Positions 28,572 through 37,436 of a stretch of 64,000 bases of DNA are shown here, one piece after another. Under the pieces are notes generated by a model. It was not told where the DNA came from. It worked only from the letters and a program-made list of their open reading frames with translations, and ran no database searches. Source of the DNA: a virus. The stretch lies in IMG/VR virus record IMGVR_UViG_3300021420_000021, positions 30,267 through 94,266 of that record; one strand, written 5' to 3'. Position 1 is the first letter of the stretch. Every line of letters begins with the position of its first letter. Both the position numbers and the translations under genes were made by a program.

Positions 28572-29088
28572 AGCACTCGGGTCAAATCCTAAAGATTTAC
28601 TCGGGTCAAAGAAAGCAGATGCGACAAAAGTTCCTGCAATCGCAATTGCTTGGGAATCTTTGGCAATGATGGACGGCGCAGGGAAGTACGATCCTTATAA
28701 TTGGCGTGCGAATAAAGTAGTCGCGTCGATTTACATCGCCGCAGCAAAACGTCATCTTGATGCGTGGTTTGAAGGTGAAGAAGAAGCAGAAGATTCTGGT
28801 TGTCATCATCTCGGTCATGCGCGAGCGTGTCTCGGTATTCTTTTAGATGCCCAAGAAACGGGTAATCTTCTTGATGATCGACCAGTAACAGAAACTTCAA
28901 AAGGCGTTCTTAGTCGGGTTATGAATAAGATCGCGTCGAAAATCCCTGCGATGCAAGAGAGACACAGAAAGTTTCATGAAAATAAGAAACCGCAATGTGT
29001 TTCATTTGATGGCGGCTGTGACGGCGATTTAATTGGCTTAGAACACGAATTGCACTGCCCCGCATTGAGCGAATCTGAGCGAATCTGA
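28543..29088 (+). CDS. dATP/dGTP diphosphohydrolase-domain protein (DUF5664-like)
   Basis: NPKD..G.KK, GA.KY..YNWR, RHL.AW.EGE...DSG.HHLGHA.AC. Confidence 0.75.
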   Translation: MNEVQAPKSKALGSNPKDLLGSKKADATKVPAIAIAWESLAMMDGAGKYDPYNWRANKVVASIYIAAAKRHLDAWFEGEEEAEDSGCHHLGHARACLGILLDAQETGNLLDDRPVTETSKGVLSRVMNKIASKIPAMQERHRKFHENKKPQCVSFDGGCDGDLIGLEHELHCPALSESERI

Positions 29089-29103
29089 ACGAATCTGAAC
29101 GAA
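29066..29103 (+). repeat. 10-bp tandem repeat (TGARCGAATC x~3.8)
   Basis: Read directly; spans the stop of 28543..29088. Confidence 0.85.
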
Positions 29104-29386
29104 CATATGTAGACGATATTCCGTTTTAACATCGGGCAAGTAGCTTATGGCTACTCTTCCCGCAGACGCCCATCGGAAGGCCAACGCCTGACTTCGCGCT
29201 GTCTTAGCCCATTTACAGGATGGGACTACTTGGGCTTAATTAACCGAAAGGATTTATGAACAAGCAAGAGCCAAAGTCTGAATTGGCTAAAGATTATCCT
29301 TGTATATTTAATAACTACTTCAGTCAAGATAAAAAACCCTCGCCGCCACTCGGACACGAAATTCCCAAAGATAGACAGGACGAACT

Positions 29387-29764
29387 ATGTTGCTAATCGC
29401 TACTTATACAACTTATGAAATGTTAAAGTATTGGTTACCCTTGATTTCTGCGGGCGGTATTGTCATTAAAGCGTACTTGACAGCGAAGAAAAACATTAGT
29501 GAGTATACGAATGCGTTGCTTCACAATCATATGGCAGGCATTGAAGCAGCGGCCAAGAGTACTGAAATTGAGACTAAAAAGACAAATGAGTTATTGAAAT
29601 CTTCGGGCGATCATTATCAAACTGTCGTAACTAAACTCGATACAGTATTCGAGAATATGAATCAGCATCAAGAAAAGCAAATGCAAGTTTGGACTGGAGT
29701 TGCAAATACTTTGGCAATTCTTGAGGATCGTTCGCGAGTTTCACGCCGCGCAAGGAAGAAATAA
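29387..29764 (+). CDS. membrane-anchored coiled-coil protein (holin/antiholin-like)
   Basis: N-terminal TM segment plus coiled coil and basic tail. Confidence 0.45.
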   Translation: MLLIATYTTYEMLKYWLPLISAGGIVIKAYLTAKKNISEYTNALLHNHMAGIEAAAKSTEIETKKTNELLKSSGDHYQTVVTKLDTVFENMNQHQEKQMQVWTGVANTLAILEDRSRVSRRARKK

Positions 29765-30051
29765 TGCAGACATCAAAAGTCAGTATCGATGATAATCAAG
29801 ATAAAGTTGCAACAACGCTTCTCGGAATGCGAACTTCCGAACATGACACGATTCAGTCGCGAACTACAGGCCGAATGCACGAAATCGCGATTACGCCAGT
29901 TGGCGGCGGACTTGTGCCTAAGAATCCATTCGCGAGCGCTGCTCAAAGAAGTTATATGCACGCAAATCCAGAAGTTCTCGGTAAAAAAGGTTTAGCCGAA
30001 TGGGACGCGGCGAGCAAAGGTCAGAAAGTACCTTACAAAGTAAAGAAGTAG
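29764..30051 (+). CDS. hypothetical phage protein
   Basis: PF.S.AQR.YMHA...EWD motif; TAATG coupling. Confidence 0.55.
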   Translation: MQTSKVSIDDNQDKVATTLLGMRTSEHDTIQSRTTGRMHEIAITPVGGGLVPKNPFASAAQRSYMHANPEVLGKKGLAEWDAASKGQKVPYKVKK

Positions 30052-30135
30052 TTTTGCACCGCTGAACAAGGGATTCCTTCGGGAAGCAGCGATGAGTGCG
30101 TGATGCCTTGCTTGGGCGCATTCTAGGATAATTCG

Positions 30136-30564
30136 ATGTTTAAGTTTTTCCGGCGTACTTGTCTTTATATTCTTATAATTCCTGTTTTATTCACTTTTCT
30201 CGGCGCATTGAGTAATCAAATCGTATTACAAGCGAATCACGACACTTTTCCTGTAATGATCAGCAACGCAAAATTATTTGAACATAAACACGCATTGGCG
30301 AAAATTGCTGAATCGGATTCAGACGCCGATGCTGTTGAAAAAGCGACATTACGATTAGTCGAACTTGATCATGGATTTCTCGATGATACTCATATTGTTA
30401 TGACCGACAAGACGCATTTCAATTTTTTAGCCGACGTATTTGATTTCCGGCATGAAGGAATTGAAAGCATTGGCGATTTATTACTCAAACTTGGCGAATT
30501 TACTTGGACTTACGTGCCGTTTATTTTCGTCTTTGCTGTGATCGGTAAATTGAAGAATCTATAA
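30136..30564 (+). CDS. membrane protein (DUF5317-like)
   Basis: N..V..AN...PV, H......T....LAD, SIGDLL. Confidence 0.5.
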   Translation: MFKFFRRTCLYILIIPVLFTFLGALSNQIVLQANHDTFPVMISNAKLFEHKHALAKIAESDSDADAVEKATLRLVELDHGFLDDTHIVMTDKTHFNFLADVFDFRHEGIESIGDLLLKLGEFTWTYVPFIFVFAVIGKLKNL

Positions 30565-30570
30565 GGCTGT

Positions 30571-30867
30571 ATGGCAAATATTTCTAATATTAAAAAAGTT
30601 CCGGTTTCAATTCAAGGTAATCCGAGCGGTTCTGTAGTGCCGATTACGATTTTATGGCAATCGCCATTTTTTGATACGAATTATGCCATTAGCATAACTC
30701 TCGAAAATACATCCGATTTATCTGAATTGACGTTAGGTACGGGATATCTATACTTTAAAAATATGATTAACGTTACTCCAGCGGGTTGTACTGTTCTGCT
30801 TGGCGCGTATTCACCGACTTCAGCGGTTCTTACCGGAGTGGTTCACGCAATCGCTTCACATCAATAA
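30571..30867 (+). CDS. small beta protein (fibre tip/lectin-like)
   Basis: ITILWQSPFFDTNYAISIT...HAIA. Confidence 0.45.
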   Translation: MANISNIKKVPVSIQGNPSGSVVPITILWQSPFFDTNYAISITLENTSDLSELTLGTGYLYFKNMINVTPAGCTVLLGAYSPTSAVLTGVVHAIASHQ

Positions 30868-30888
30868 TATTTAAATTTAGGAGGATTT

Positions 30889-31614
30889 ATGGCCGATATT
30901 ACAGTCCCGCAAGAAATACTTACACAATTACATTCAGACTTTACTTCGTTGGCAACTAAACACGCGACAACTTCTTTTGCCGCTCTCGGTGTTCTTGTTA
31001 TCGTTCTTATTCTTGCCGGACTTGGCGGCTGGATCGGTTTGCGTGAATACGACGCTCAATTAGCCAAAGCGCAAGTCACCGAACAGAAGTACGAAGCGGC
31101 TCAAAAGACGCTGACTGATCTGTTGGCGTCTGACGCCAAAGAACGGGCGCAATTACAAGCGCAGCAGCAAAGTTTAGTCAATCAAATCGCTAAAAGAGAT
31201 AAAACCCCGCCTGCGCCAGCCGTAACAGCAGCTTTACAGCCAAATGCGACTGCTGAAACCGCTGCAAACGCGCTAGGGCTTGTTTTTAGCCTTTCCCCCT
31301 ATCCGAGTGCCACTATAGACAATAAAATCGCTCTGAGTGTCCCTAATGCGCAAGAATTGATATCTGATGGGGTTGAACTTAATAAGCTTCGGCCCGATTT
31401 AACGGATACGAAGATGTTGTATGGGTTAGAACAACAAAAAAGTGCCAGTCTAAATAAAGACATTGTACAGTGTACTGATACGTTAAAAGATGCTCAAAAA
31501 TCTATCGCTGCGTATAAGAAGATTGCTACACGAAGTCGTTGGAAAAAGTTTCTCGATGGCGCAGAAAAAGTAGGACTTGTAATTGCCGGAGCAGCGATAG
31601 GCCATGTAGTTTAG
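30889..31614 (+). CDS. spanin-like membrane-anchored coiled-coil protein
   Basis: N-terminal TM, long coiled coil, hydrophobic C-end, adjacent to a peptidoglycan enzyme. Confidence 0.5.
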   Translation: MADITVPQEILTQLHSDFTSLATKHATTSFAALGVLVIVLILAGLGGWIGLREYDAQLAKAQVTEQKYEAAQKTLTDLLASDAKERAQLQAQQQSLVNQIAKRDKTPPAPAVTAALQPNATAETAANALGLVFSLSPYPSATIDNKIALSVPNAQELISDGVELNKLRPDLTDTKMLYGLEQQKSASLNKDIVQCTDTLKDAQKSIAAYKKIATRSRWKKFLDGAEKVGLVIAGAAIGHVV

Positions 31615-31621
31615 GAGATTT

Positions 31622-32014
31622 ATGTGGAAGTTTGAATCAAGTACGGGCCGATTATTCGATCCGAATCAGACGCACATCGCGTCCGGATACGCCGGGGGCG
31701 ATAAGGGGCTACACAAAGAAGGAATTAACAACCCTAAATTTCAGTCCGTACACAATATCGGGCCTTTGCCCGAGGGAATTTACACAATGGGAACTCCGGT
31801 CGAAGGGAGTCATCTCGGGCCGCTTGCAATACCCTTAATACCTGATGTAAGCAATGAAATGTTTGGACGCAGCGGTTTTTTCATACATGGCGATCACATT
31901 GGCGCTCCGGGAACAGCGTCTGACGGATGTATGATTTTCGCGCACGATATTCGGACTTTGTTGAGTCAATCGCAAGATAGACAAATTCAAGTTGTCGCGG
32001 TAATAGGATCGTAA
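31622..32014 (+). CDS. Tlde1/DUF2778 L,D-transpeptidase-like peptidoglycan enzyme (candidate endolysin)
   Basis: GYAG...NNP....HNIGPLPEGIY...GRSGFFIHGD...ASDGCMI. Confidence 0.8.
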   Translation: MWKFESSTGRLFDPNQTHIASGYAGGDKGLHKEGINNPKFQSVHNIGPLPEGIYTMGTPVEGSHLGPLAIPLIPDVSNEMFGRSGFFIHGDHIGAPGTASDGCMIFAHDIRTLLSQSQDRQIQVVAVIGS

Positions 32015-32331
32015 TGCTGGTAATCTTGATTGTAAATATTTTATGTCTTATCGGTTCTTTATGCGCAGCTTATCACGCTTATAAACAAGCAAATGACGCT
32101 CATACGTATTGTGACGGCGCACACGAATCTACTATGGCCGCAGGAGGATTTATGAATCGCGCCGAAGCAGCGTCTTTGATTGCTAAAATAAGTTCTAGTA
32201 AAGCAGAAGAACACGCTGCGAAAGCGCAAATCTTTTCGCCTACTCATGAAATGTGTTCTACATGTAAATCTCAAGTCGCCCGATTTGAGAAATCAGAAGA
32301 CGGTTCGGTTAAATGTTTTAACTGCAAGTAA
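32014..32331 (+). CDS. membrane protein with C-terminal Zn ribbon
   Basis: N-terminal TM; CSTC...CFNC. Confidence 0.55.
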   Translation: MLVILIVNILCLIGSLCAAYHAYKQANDAHTYCDGAHESTMAAGGFMNRAEAASLIAKISSSKAEEHAAKAQIFSPTHEMCSTCKSQVARFEKSEDGSVKCFNCK

Positions 32332-32420
32332 TTCGCCCAATTAGTCCGATTCACAAATCAGTTATGTTAACGCTTGTTTGGAAAGTCCTAGAACGCGTTT
32401 AGGAAAACTAGGAGCTAAAT

Positions 32421-34718
32421 ATGGCAGTATCAAACGTAGGCGGACCCGGAAATCAAGACGGTAGTCCGATTCGAATGACAGGAGAACAAATCGGAGGAAA
32501 AGGCCCGGACGGAAATTTTCATATTTTTTCAACCGATGTTTTTGGCGCGTTAAACGTCAATACGTCCGGAGGAGGCGGGAGTTCTAGCGTTAACCTTGTA
32601 ATGGTCGGCGGCGCGGCTATCGCGCTCGGCCAGACAACAATGGCTGCGTCTTTGCCCACAACAATTGCATCTAATCAATCTGCAATTCCTGTTTCCGGAA
32701 CTGTGACTTCAAATCAAGGGACTGCGAACACGATTGCGAATTCATGGCCTGTCGAAATTACGAACGGCACGGTTGTTCTAGGAACGCCAAGTAACCCTTT
32801 AAGAATTGATCCTACAGGCACGACTGTTCAACCTGTATCTGGCACTGTTGCCTTATCGGGCACTTCAGCATTTAATTTAACCCAATGGGCCGGAACTGTT
32901 TTAGGAACACCAACAAATTATGGAACTTCTCCCGGAGCAGTTATCGCGGGATCAGTTAATGCTTTCGTTACAAATACCGTTGCGACTACTTTAGCATCTA
33001 CAACGATTACCGGAACTGTCGCTGTAACTCAATCGACTTCACCTTGGGTCGATAATTTGACTCAAGTCGCTGGAATCGTTCTTGGCGCGACTGCCGTTAC
33101 TGCCTTCGGAACTGCGCCTGCGGCTGCAAACGTTCCGGGCGTCAATTCGTCTTTATTCTCCGGCACGACCGCGCTTACGAATACTGCCGGAGCATTAAAC
33201 GTCAGTATTACAAGTTCCGCGACTGCTCAAACAGTCGAAGGCGATGAAACTAATAATGCCGCCGCTCCTGAAGCTGCCGCTGCGCTTGAAGTTCTGCCTG
33301 CTATTGCTAACGCCGCATCTCCAGCATGGACTGAAGGATTTAACGTTCTTGAGTCAGTCGATCTTTCAGGAAGACAGCGCATTCGTGGGACTTTGACTCC
33401 GAATACCGCTGCGCCTAGCTCCGATGGTCAAATGGCACTTACGACTATTGCTAATGCTGTCGCGCCCACATACATAGAAGGAGATTTAGTACTCGCGTCC
33501 GTTGACCTTAGTGGCGCAACTCGCATTATAGGGACGCGAACGAGTAATAGCGCTGCTCCGACTTTTGAAGTAAACGTACAGCCTGCTTTAGCGAATGCCG
33601 CTTCACCTACATGGACTGAAGGAAATCAAGTCCTTGAGTCTGTTGATTTAACGGGCCGTCAACGCATTCGTGGTACGCTTACTAATAATAACGCCGCCCC
33701 GACTGCTGATTTAATAGAAAACATGCCTGCTATTGCAACTACCGCAGCGCCGTCGTATACTACTGGCAATGCGGTCATGCTTTCGACTGATTTATCTGGA
33801 AATCTTCGCGTCACCCCAACTACAATCGGAACGCTGACAAATAACAATGCCGCACCCGGAATAATAAATTTAGGTGTTCTTCCTGCTTTGGCAAACGCGG
33901 CTTCACCGTCTTGGACTGAAGGATTTCAAGTCTTAGAATCAGTCGATTTGACTGGAAGACAAAGATCTAGAGGAACTTTAACACATAATAATGCTGCACC
34001 AGCAGCCGATAATATCGGTGTTTTACCTGCGCTAGCAAACGCGGCAGCGCCTTCTTTTACAGAAGGCGATCAAGTTCTTTTATCAACAACTTTAACAGGC
34101 TCATTGCGTACATCAGTAGCCGGGACGTTAGTTAATAACAATGCCGCACCAGTCGGAACTAACGTTGGTGTTCTTCCTGCAATCGCTAACGCAGCCGCGC
34201 CTTCATGGACAGAAGGACGACAAGTCCTCGAATCTGTCGATCTTGCCGGAAATATGCGAGTCGGTGTTCAGAACTTAACAACTCCCCCGTCTTTGGCAAC
34301 AGGTAATACTGCGCAATTACAAGCAGATTACGTAGGCAGTTTATTTGTAAAACCGTATCGCAGAAGTGAAACTGTTTCACAAGCAACGACAATTGCGGCT
34401 TCTTCAGCCGCAACGACCGTTCTTGCCGCGCAAGCAGCGGGCATATTTGCAGATATCAGTAATTTTATTATAACTGTTACGCCGAGTACTGCAACAGCGG
34501 CAGCATTTACAGCTACACTAAGCGACGGCACTAAAAATTATTTATATGATTTGTCATTTGGTGGAACTCTTGGAACAGCAGTTAGCGATGATCAAACGAT
34601 ATCGTTTAATCCACCGTTGCCAGCCACAACCGCAGCGACAGCGTGGACTGTACAATTAAGTTCGTCGTCACCAACAGTGCACATAACCGTTGTTGCGGTA
34701 TTACAAAAAGCCAGCTAG
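32421..34718 (+). CDS. fibre-like protein with seven ~48-aa repeats
   Basis: Ala/Thr-rich; repeats GTL.NNNAAP...LPA.ANAA.P.WTEG..VL.S.DL.G at ~33240-34270. Confidence 0.75.
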   Translation: MAVSNVGGPGNQDGSPIRMTGEQIGGKGPDGNFHIFSTDVFGALNVNTSGGGGSSSVNLVMVGGAAIALGQTTMAASLPTTIASNQSAIPVSGTVTSNQGTANTIANSWPVEITNGTVVLGTPSNPLRIDPTGTTVQPVSGTVALSGTSAFNLTQWAGTVLGTPTNYGTSPGAVIAGSVNAFVTNTVATTLASTTITGTVAVTQSTSPWVDNLTQVAGIVLGATAVTAFGTAPAAANVPGVNSSLFSGTTALTNTAGALNVSITSSATAQTVEGDETNNAAAPEAAAALEVLPAIANAASPAWTEGFNVLESVDLSGRQRIRGTLTPNTAAPSSDGQMALTTIANAVAPTYIEGDLVLASVDLSGATRIIGTRTSNSAAPTFEVNVQPALANAASPTWTEGNQVLESVDLTGRQRIRGTLTNNNAAPTADLIENMPAIATTAAPSYTTGNAVMLSTDLSGNLRVTPTTIGTLTNNNAAPGIINLGVLPALANAASPSWTEGFQVLESVDLTGRQRSRGTLTHNNAAPAADNIGVLPALANAAAPSFTEGDQVLLSTTLTGSLRTSVAGTLVNNNAAPVGTNVGVLPAIANAAAPSWTEGRQVLESVDLAGNMRVGVQNLTTPPSLATGNTAQLQADYVGSLFVKPYRRSETVSQATTIAASSAATTVLAAQAAGIFADISNFIITVTPSTATAAAFTATLSDGTKNYLYDLSFGGTLGTAVSDDQTISFNPPLPATTAATAWTVQLSSSSPTVHITVVAVLQKAS

Positions 34719-34732
34719 TTAATAGGAGAAAT

Positions 34733-34945
34733 ATGGCGAATACTTACATAGTTACATCTTTAACAACATCAGGCAATACAGTCAATGTATCTGGTACAGT
34801 CAATGGCGTTTCTGTGCAAACCGCATATCCCGCGAGTACGACATTTGCGAGCGCTCTTTTATTTCAGGCATTTATCGGGCCGCTAATGCTTGCACAAGCG
34901 CCTTTACCGTCATTAGCAGGGTTTCAAGGCACTTGGTCGGCGTAA
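34733..34945 (+). CDS. small virion protein / fibre chaperone
   Basis: SD AGGAG plus ATG 34733. Confidence 0.55.
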   Translation: MANTYIVTSLTTSGNTVNVSGTVNGVSVQTAYPASTTFASALLFQAFIGPLMLAQAPLPSLAGFQGTWSA

Positions 34946-34959
34946 GCGCATAGGAGATT

Positions 34960-35190
34960 ATGACAACAGCAAATCAGATAACTTACCCGAAGATGTATAT
35001 CGAAGGCCCGGATACGAATGGCAGTACAAATCTTTATGTCGCAGATGTAAATTCTCAAGATCAACTTTTGACAGGTGGCGGAACTGGAATCGCGATATTG
35101 AAAATGGGGCCACGAAGTATGATTACAGGCCCGAGCGGTTATATAGCTTCGGTCGATTCTCTAGGTAATCTCGCAACAAGCAACGGTTAA
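34960..35190 (+). CDS. small protein made of the module that begins 35205
   Basis: QI.YPK..I.GP...ADVNSQ.QLLT. Confidence 0.6.
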   Translation: MTTANQITYPKMYIEGPDTNGSTNLYVADVNSQDQLLTGGGTGIAILKMGPRSMITGPSGYIASVDSLGNLATSNG

Positions 35191-35204
35191 GATAGGACAG
35201 AATA

Positions 35205-36704
35205 ATGGCGTTAACACAGTCACAAATCGAATTCCCGAAAGTTTTTATTACAGGCCCTTCGGGCTTCATAGCAGATGTAAATTCTCAAGGTCAACTATTG
35301 ACTTCTGGGTCCGGGGGTGGGGGTGGTGTTACAACTCTTAACACTTTGACCGGGGCGATTACACTTGCAGCCGGAACTGGAATAACAATTACACCGTCTG
35401 GAAATACGTTGACAATTGCTTCAACAGGTAGCGGAACAGTTACGTCATTTAGTTCTGGCAACCTTGACGCGATTGCGACGACTTCTGTTGCAACGCCGAC
35501 AACTACGCCCGCATTGACATTTACTTTATCGACACAAACGGCAAATACAGTTTGGGCGGGTCCGACAACCGGATCAGCCGCAGCACCGACATTTCGTGCT
35601 CTCGTCGCAGCCGATCTTCCAGCCGGAACAGGAACTGTCACGAGTGTCAGCTTTACAGGCGGATTAATTTCTATCGCAACGCCGACGACTACTCCGGCTT
35701 TGACTATTGCCGGAACAAGCGGCGGAATTCCGTACTTTTCTAGCGCGACAACTTGGGCGTCTTCGGCTATTCTTGCCGCAACAGGATTAGTTATCGGCGG
35801 TGGTGCAGGAACAGCGCCAGCTACGAATACGGCTTTAACTTTTACAGGTGCGACATTGACAGTCGGACTCGCTGGAACGAGTAGCGGAATTCTTGCGCTC
35901 GCGGGATCGACATCAGGACAAGCAACATTTACTGCACCAGCGATTGCAGGAACTGCATCAAATGCCGTGACTATGAGCAACGCTATTCTTGGCCCGATGT
36001 TAGGCGGAGCAGTTCCGACCTATTCGTTTACAGGCGCGACAACTACCGGACTAGGATGGGACACAGGGGCCGGGTCAATGACTTTTGCGATTGCCGGTTC
36101 TGAGGCGTACCGATTTGCTGCTAATCTATTGGAAGTTTCAGGGGCGTCGTTTGGCATAATCTGGAACAACGCCGGAAACATGGGCGGGTCTTTTGATTTG
36201 GGCCTATTCCGCGCAGGTGCAGGAGTGTTAGAAATTAGTAATAGTTCGTCTGCTAACGCGCTCGGTTCTTTAAACCTCGCGAAGATAACGAACTACAACG
36301 CAGTAGCAACTACTGGCGCGGGAGTTCCTTCTGAAGTCGGCGTGGTCACTGCTACGACCGCTTCTGCTGCGGTGACGGCGACAACTCTTTTAGCCGCTCC
36401 AGTTGCGGGAACTTTATATCGCGTATCGGCGTATCTAAAGATCACAGTCGCGACTACAACCCCCGTTGCTGGACCTATTACATTAACATATAAAGATAAC
36501 GACGGAGTCGCGCAATCAATAGTTATGCCACTTGCGAACGCAACAGGCGCTGTAGTAGCACCGTGGGCCACTGGTAGCACTACTACCACACCCGTAAATG
36601 GTAATTCTTACATATACGCAGGCGCAGGAACTGCAATCGCGTATGCCATTGCGTTCTCTGGTACAGGCACTTACGAATATCGCCTAGTGTGCGAAGCGCT
36701 ATAA
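35205..36704 (+). CDS. tail fibre protein
   Basis: GTVTS...TPTTTPALT repeats, AGPTTGSAAAPTFRALVAADLP fibre motif. Confidence 0.75.
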   Translation: MALTQSQIEFPKVFITGPSGFIADVNSQGQLLTSGSGGGGGVTTLNTLTGAITLAAGTGITITPSGNTLTIASTGSGTVTSFSSGNLDAIATTSVATPTTTPALTFTLSTQTANTVWAGPTTGSAAAPTFRALVAADLPAGTGTVTSVSFTGGLISIATPTTTPALTIAGTSGGIPYFSSATTWASSAILAATGLVIGGGAGTAPATNTALTFTGATLTVGLAGTSSGILALAGSTSGQATFTAPAIAGTASNAVTMSNAILGPMLGGAVPTYSFTGATTTGLGWDTGAGSMTFAIAGSEAYRFAANLLEVSGASFGIIWNNAGNMGGSFDLGLFRAGAGVLEISNSSSANALGSLNLAKITNYNAVATTGAGVPSEVGVVTATTASAAVTATTLLAAPVAGTLYRVSAYLKITVATTTPVAGPITLTYKDNDGVAQSIVMPLANATGAVVAPWATGSTTTTPVNGNSYIYAGAGTAIAYAIAFSGTGTYEYRLVCEAL

Positions 36705-36767
36705 ATGACAGAACAGCGTTGCAGTCGAATATGATATACAGGTAATAGAACTGTAAAGGCGTTAAAT

Positions 36768-37421
36768 ATGGCAACTATAAAAGAAGGCGGTTCGTTTGAG
36801 ACATTTAATGATGTTAAGGGCAATCCGCTAATATCATTAAATCGCGACGGAACAATTTTAAATCAAGGTTTGACATTTGCTGATGGCACGAAACAAGTGA
36901 CAGCCGGAGGATCGTCTGCACAACCGACTACGATTAATGGATTTGTTGGAACATTAATTAAAGACGCCGCAGGAAACGATTTAATGTTCATAGCGCCGCA
37001 AGGATCGGCGGGTCCGCAATATACTTATGTATGGTTTGGCGCGAATGCCGCAAACCCAACTTTAACAAATTATTCTATTGTTGCCGATACAATTGATCAA
37101 GGGTCGGAATTTGCCGATATATTTATCAATTCCACAGGTGGAAACTTTAACCTTATGAACAATAATGGTTTAGTTATGGAAGGCGGTGTACGGCTATCTA
37201 ATGGTGTTCACTCTCCGGGAAGTTTTTATATTGGTACAGGTTCGACTCAAAATACAACTGTGCCTTCTCTCGTATTAACAAATTCATCCAGTCCGACAAG
37301 CGCCGGGACAGCAGGAACTACAGGACAAGTGACTTGGGACGCGACTAACTTATACATTTGTACAAATGGCGGAAGCGTAGGCGCAGCAACGTGGAAAAAA
37401 GTAGCCTTATCAGCAGTGTAG
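36768..37421 (+). CDS. fibre/spike protein
   Basis: N-module shared with 37437; C-terminal GQVTWDATNLYIC...TWKKVAL. Confidence 0.7.
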   Translation: MATIKEGGSFETFNDVKGNPLISLNRDGTILNQGLTFADGTKQVTAGGSSAQPTTINGFVGTLIKDAAGNDLMFIAPQGSAGPQYTYVWFGANAANPTLTNYSIVADTIDQGSEFADIFINSTGGNFNLMNNNGLVMEGGVRLSNGVHSPGSFYIGTGSTQNTTVPSLVLTNSSSPTSAGTAGTTGQVTWDATNLYICTNGGSVGAATWKKVALSAV

Positions 37422-37436
37422 AAAGATTAAGAAATT

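Noticed and set aside
30055-30123. ZTP or c-di-AMP riboswitch, or hammerhead ribozyme
   Set aside because: Only fragments resemble them (GCTGAA, GCC...TGGGC, GATGA); the conserved cores are missing
35291-35980. 229-aa minus-strand ORF
   Set aside because: Mirror of Thr/Ala/Gly codons in the fibre gene
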